This document shows, piece after piece, positions 63,436 to 64,000 of a DNA stretch of 64,000 nt; position 1 is the first letter of the stretch; each line of letters begins with the position of its first letter. The stretch is from Rotaria socialis. Taxonomy: Eukaryota. The DNA lies in contig CAJNYD010000055.1 in the NCBI GenBank assembly GCA_905331295.1, positions 1-64,000 on the forward strand, written 5' to 3'. The notes under the pieces were generated by a model. It made no database searches, was not told the origin of the DNA, and saw only the letters and a program-made list of their open reading frames with translations. The translations under genes and the position numbers were made by a program.

Positions 63436-63815
63436 TTTTTATCAATAAATTTAATAAAATTGATATAAACATATCTTAAAAGATTTCATTTTCTTGATTT
63501 ACATGTTGATCGTTAAGTAAATATGATTGAATAAGTATCTATTTATCAATAGCTTTTATTATAGTCTTTAAAAATGGATTAGTAAAGCAGTTCTGCGCTA
63601 TGATTCTTCGATCTCTTGAAAAACAGAAGAAAATGAACTCATTAGAAAAACAAATTCTATGTCATACTCATAATAAAATACGATGATACTGAATTTTCTT
63701 CTATTTACATTTTAATGTTTTAAATTTTGTTATAATCTACCGTTTCAAAATCGATGTAACTCATTTCCTATTTTCAAGTAATTTGACATCGAATGTGAAA
63801 GTCAAAGTTAGATGT

Positions 63816-63962
63816 CACTGGAGACGTACACAGGACAGGATGGTCCTGCTGTTCTGTCCTGAAACCAGGGCTGGATTCGCAAGTAAGAAAAAACAGGATA
63901 GGGTTTGCTAGCAGGAAAGGAGGACATGTTATAAAAAATTTTCCTGTGTACGCCTCCGGATG
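63816..63962. mobile_element. ~145-bp MITE
   Basis: Inverted repeat GGAGACGTACACAGGA (63820-63835) versus TCCTGTGTACGCCTCC (63942-63957), one mismatch; internal CAGGA/TCCTG motifs. Confidence 0.7.
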
Positions 63963-64000
63963 TTATCGATATATGAAGTTTGAGCTTTTTTAGTTAAAAA

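Overview
AT-rich eukaryotic (metazoan) DNA with many short (~50-65 bp) GT-AG introns. Gene style, gene families and repeats point to a bdelloid rotifer (inference). From left to right the window holds: the 5' end of a probable ADP-ribosyltransferase/TPR-family gene; a REEP/HVA22 gene; ERCC8 (CSA) head-to-head with an orphan coiled-coil gene; a GPI-anchored 3-Ig lachesin/IgLON-like gene; a decayed LRR gene; a solitary 5S rRNA gene; a CD225/dispanin gene; and two spliced micro-genes that the ORF track does not reconstruct (a 60-aa metallothionein-like protein and OST4). Next come p23/PTGES3, a bacterial-type DJ-1/PfpI gene with an intronless CDS (HGT candidate), a 74-aa orphan ORF, and a large divergent FoxO whose forkhead Akt serine appears replaced by poly-Ala. 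After ~7 kb of non-coding DNA lie GBE1 and the 3' end of an ABCB/P-gp cut by a 100-N gap. Beyond the gap are a decayed CMC/EnSpm transposon inserted in an A1CF/RBM46/47-like gene, TMEM222, a nest of non-autonomous TIR elements (45.9-52.2 kb) next to an orphan neurobeachin-like exon, UCH-L3, a multi-pass membrane protein with a Pro-rich tail, and an unidentified multi-exon gene. Exon boundaries were read by eye and family calls rest on recognised motifs, not database searches. The best candidate for an undescribed system is the compact stress/detox block at ~12-21 kb; its functional coupling is inference only.
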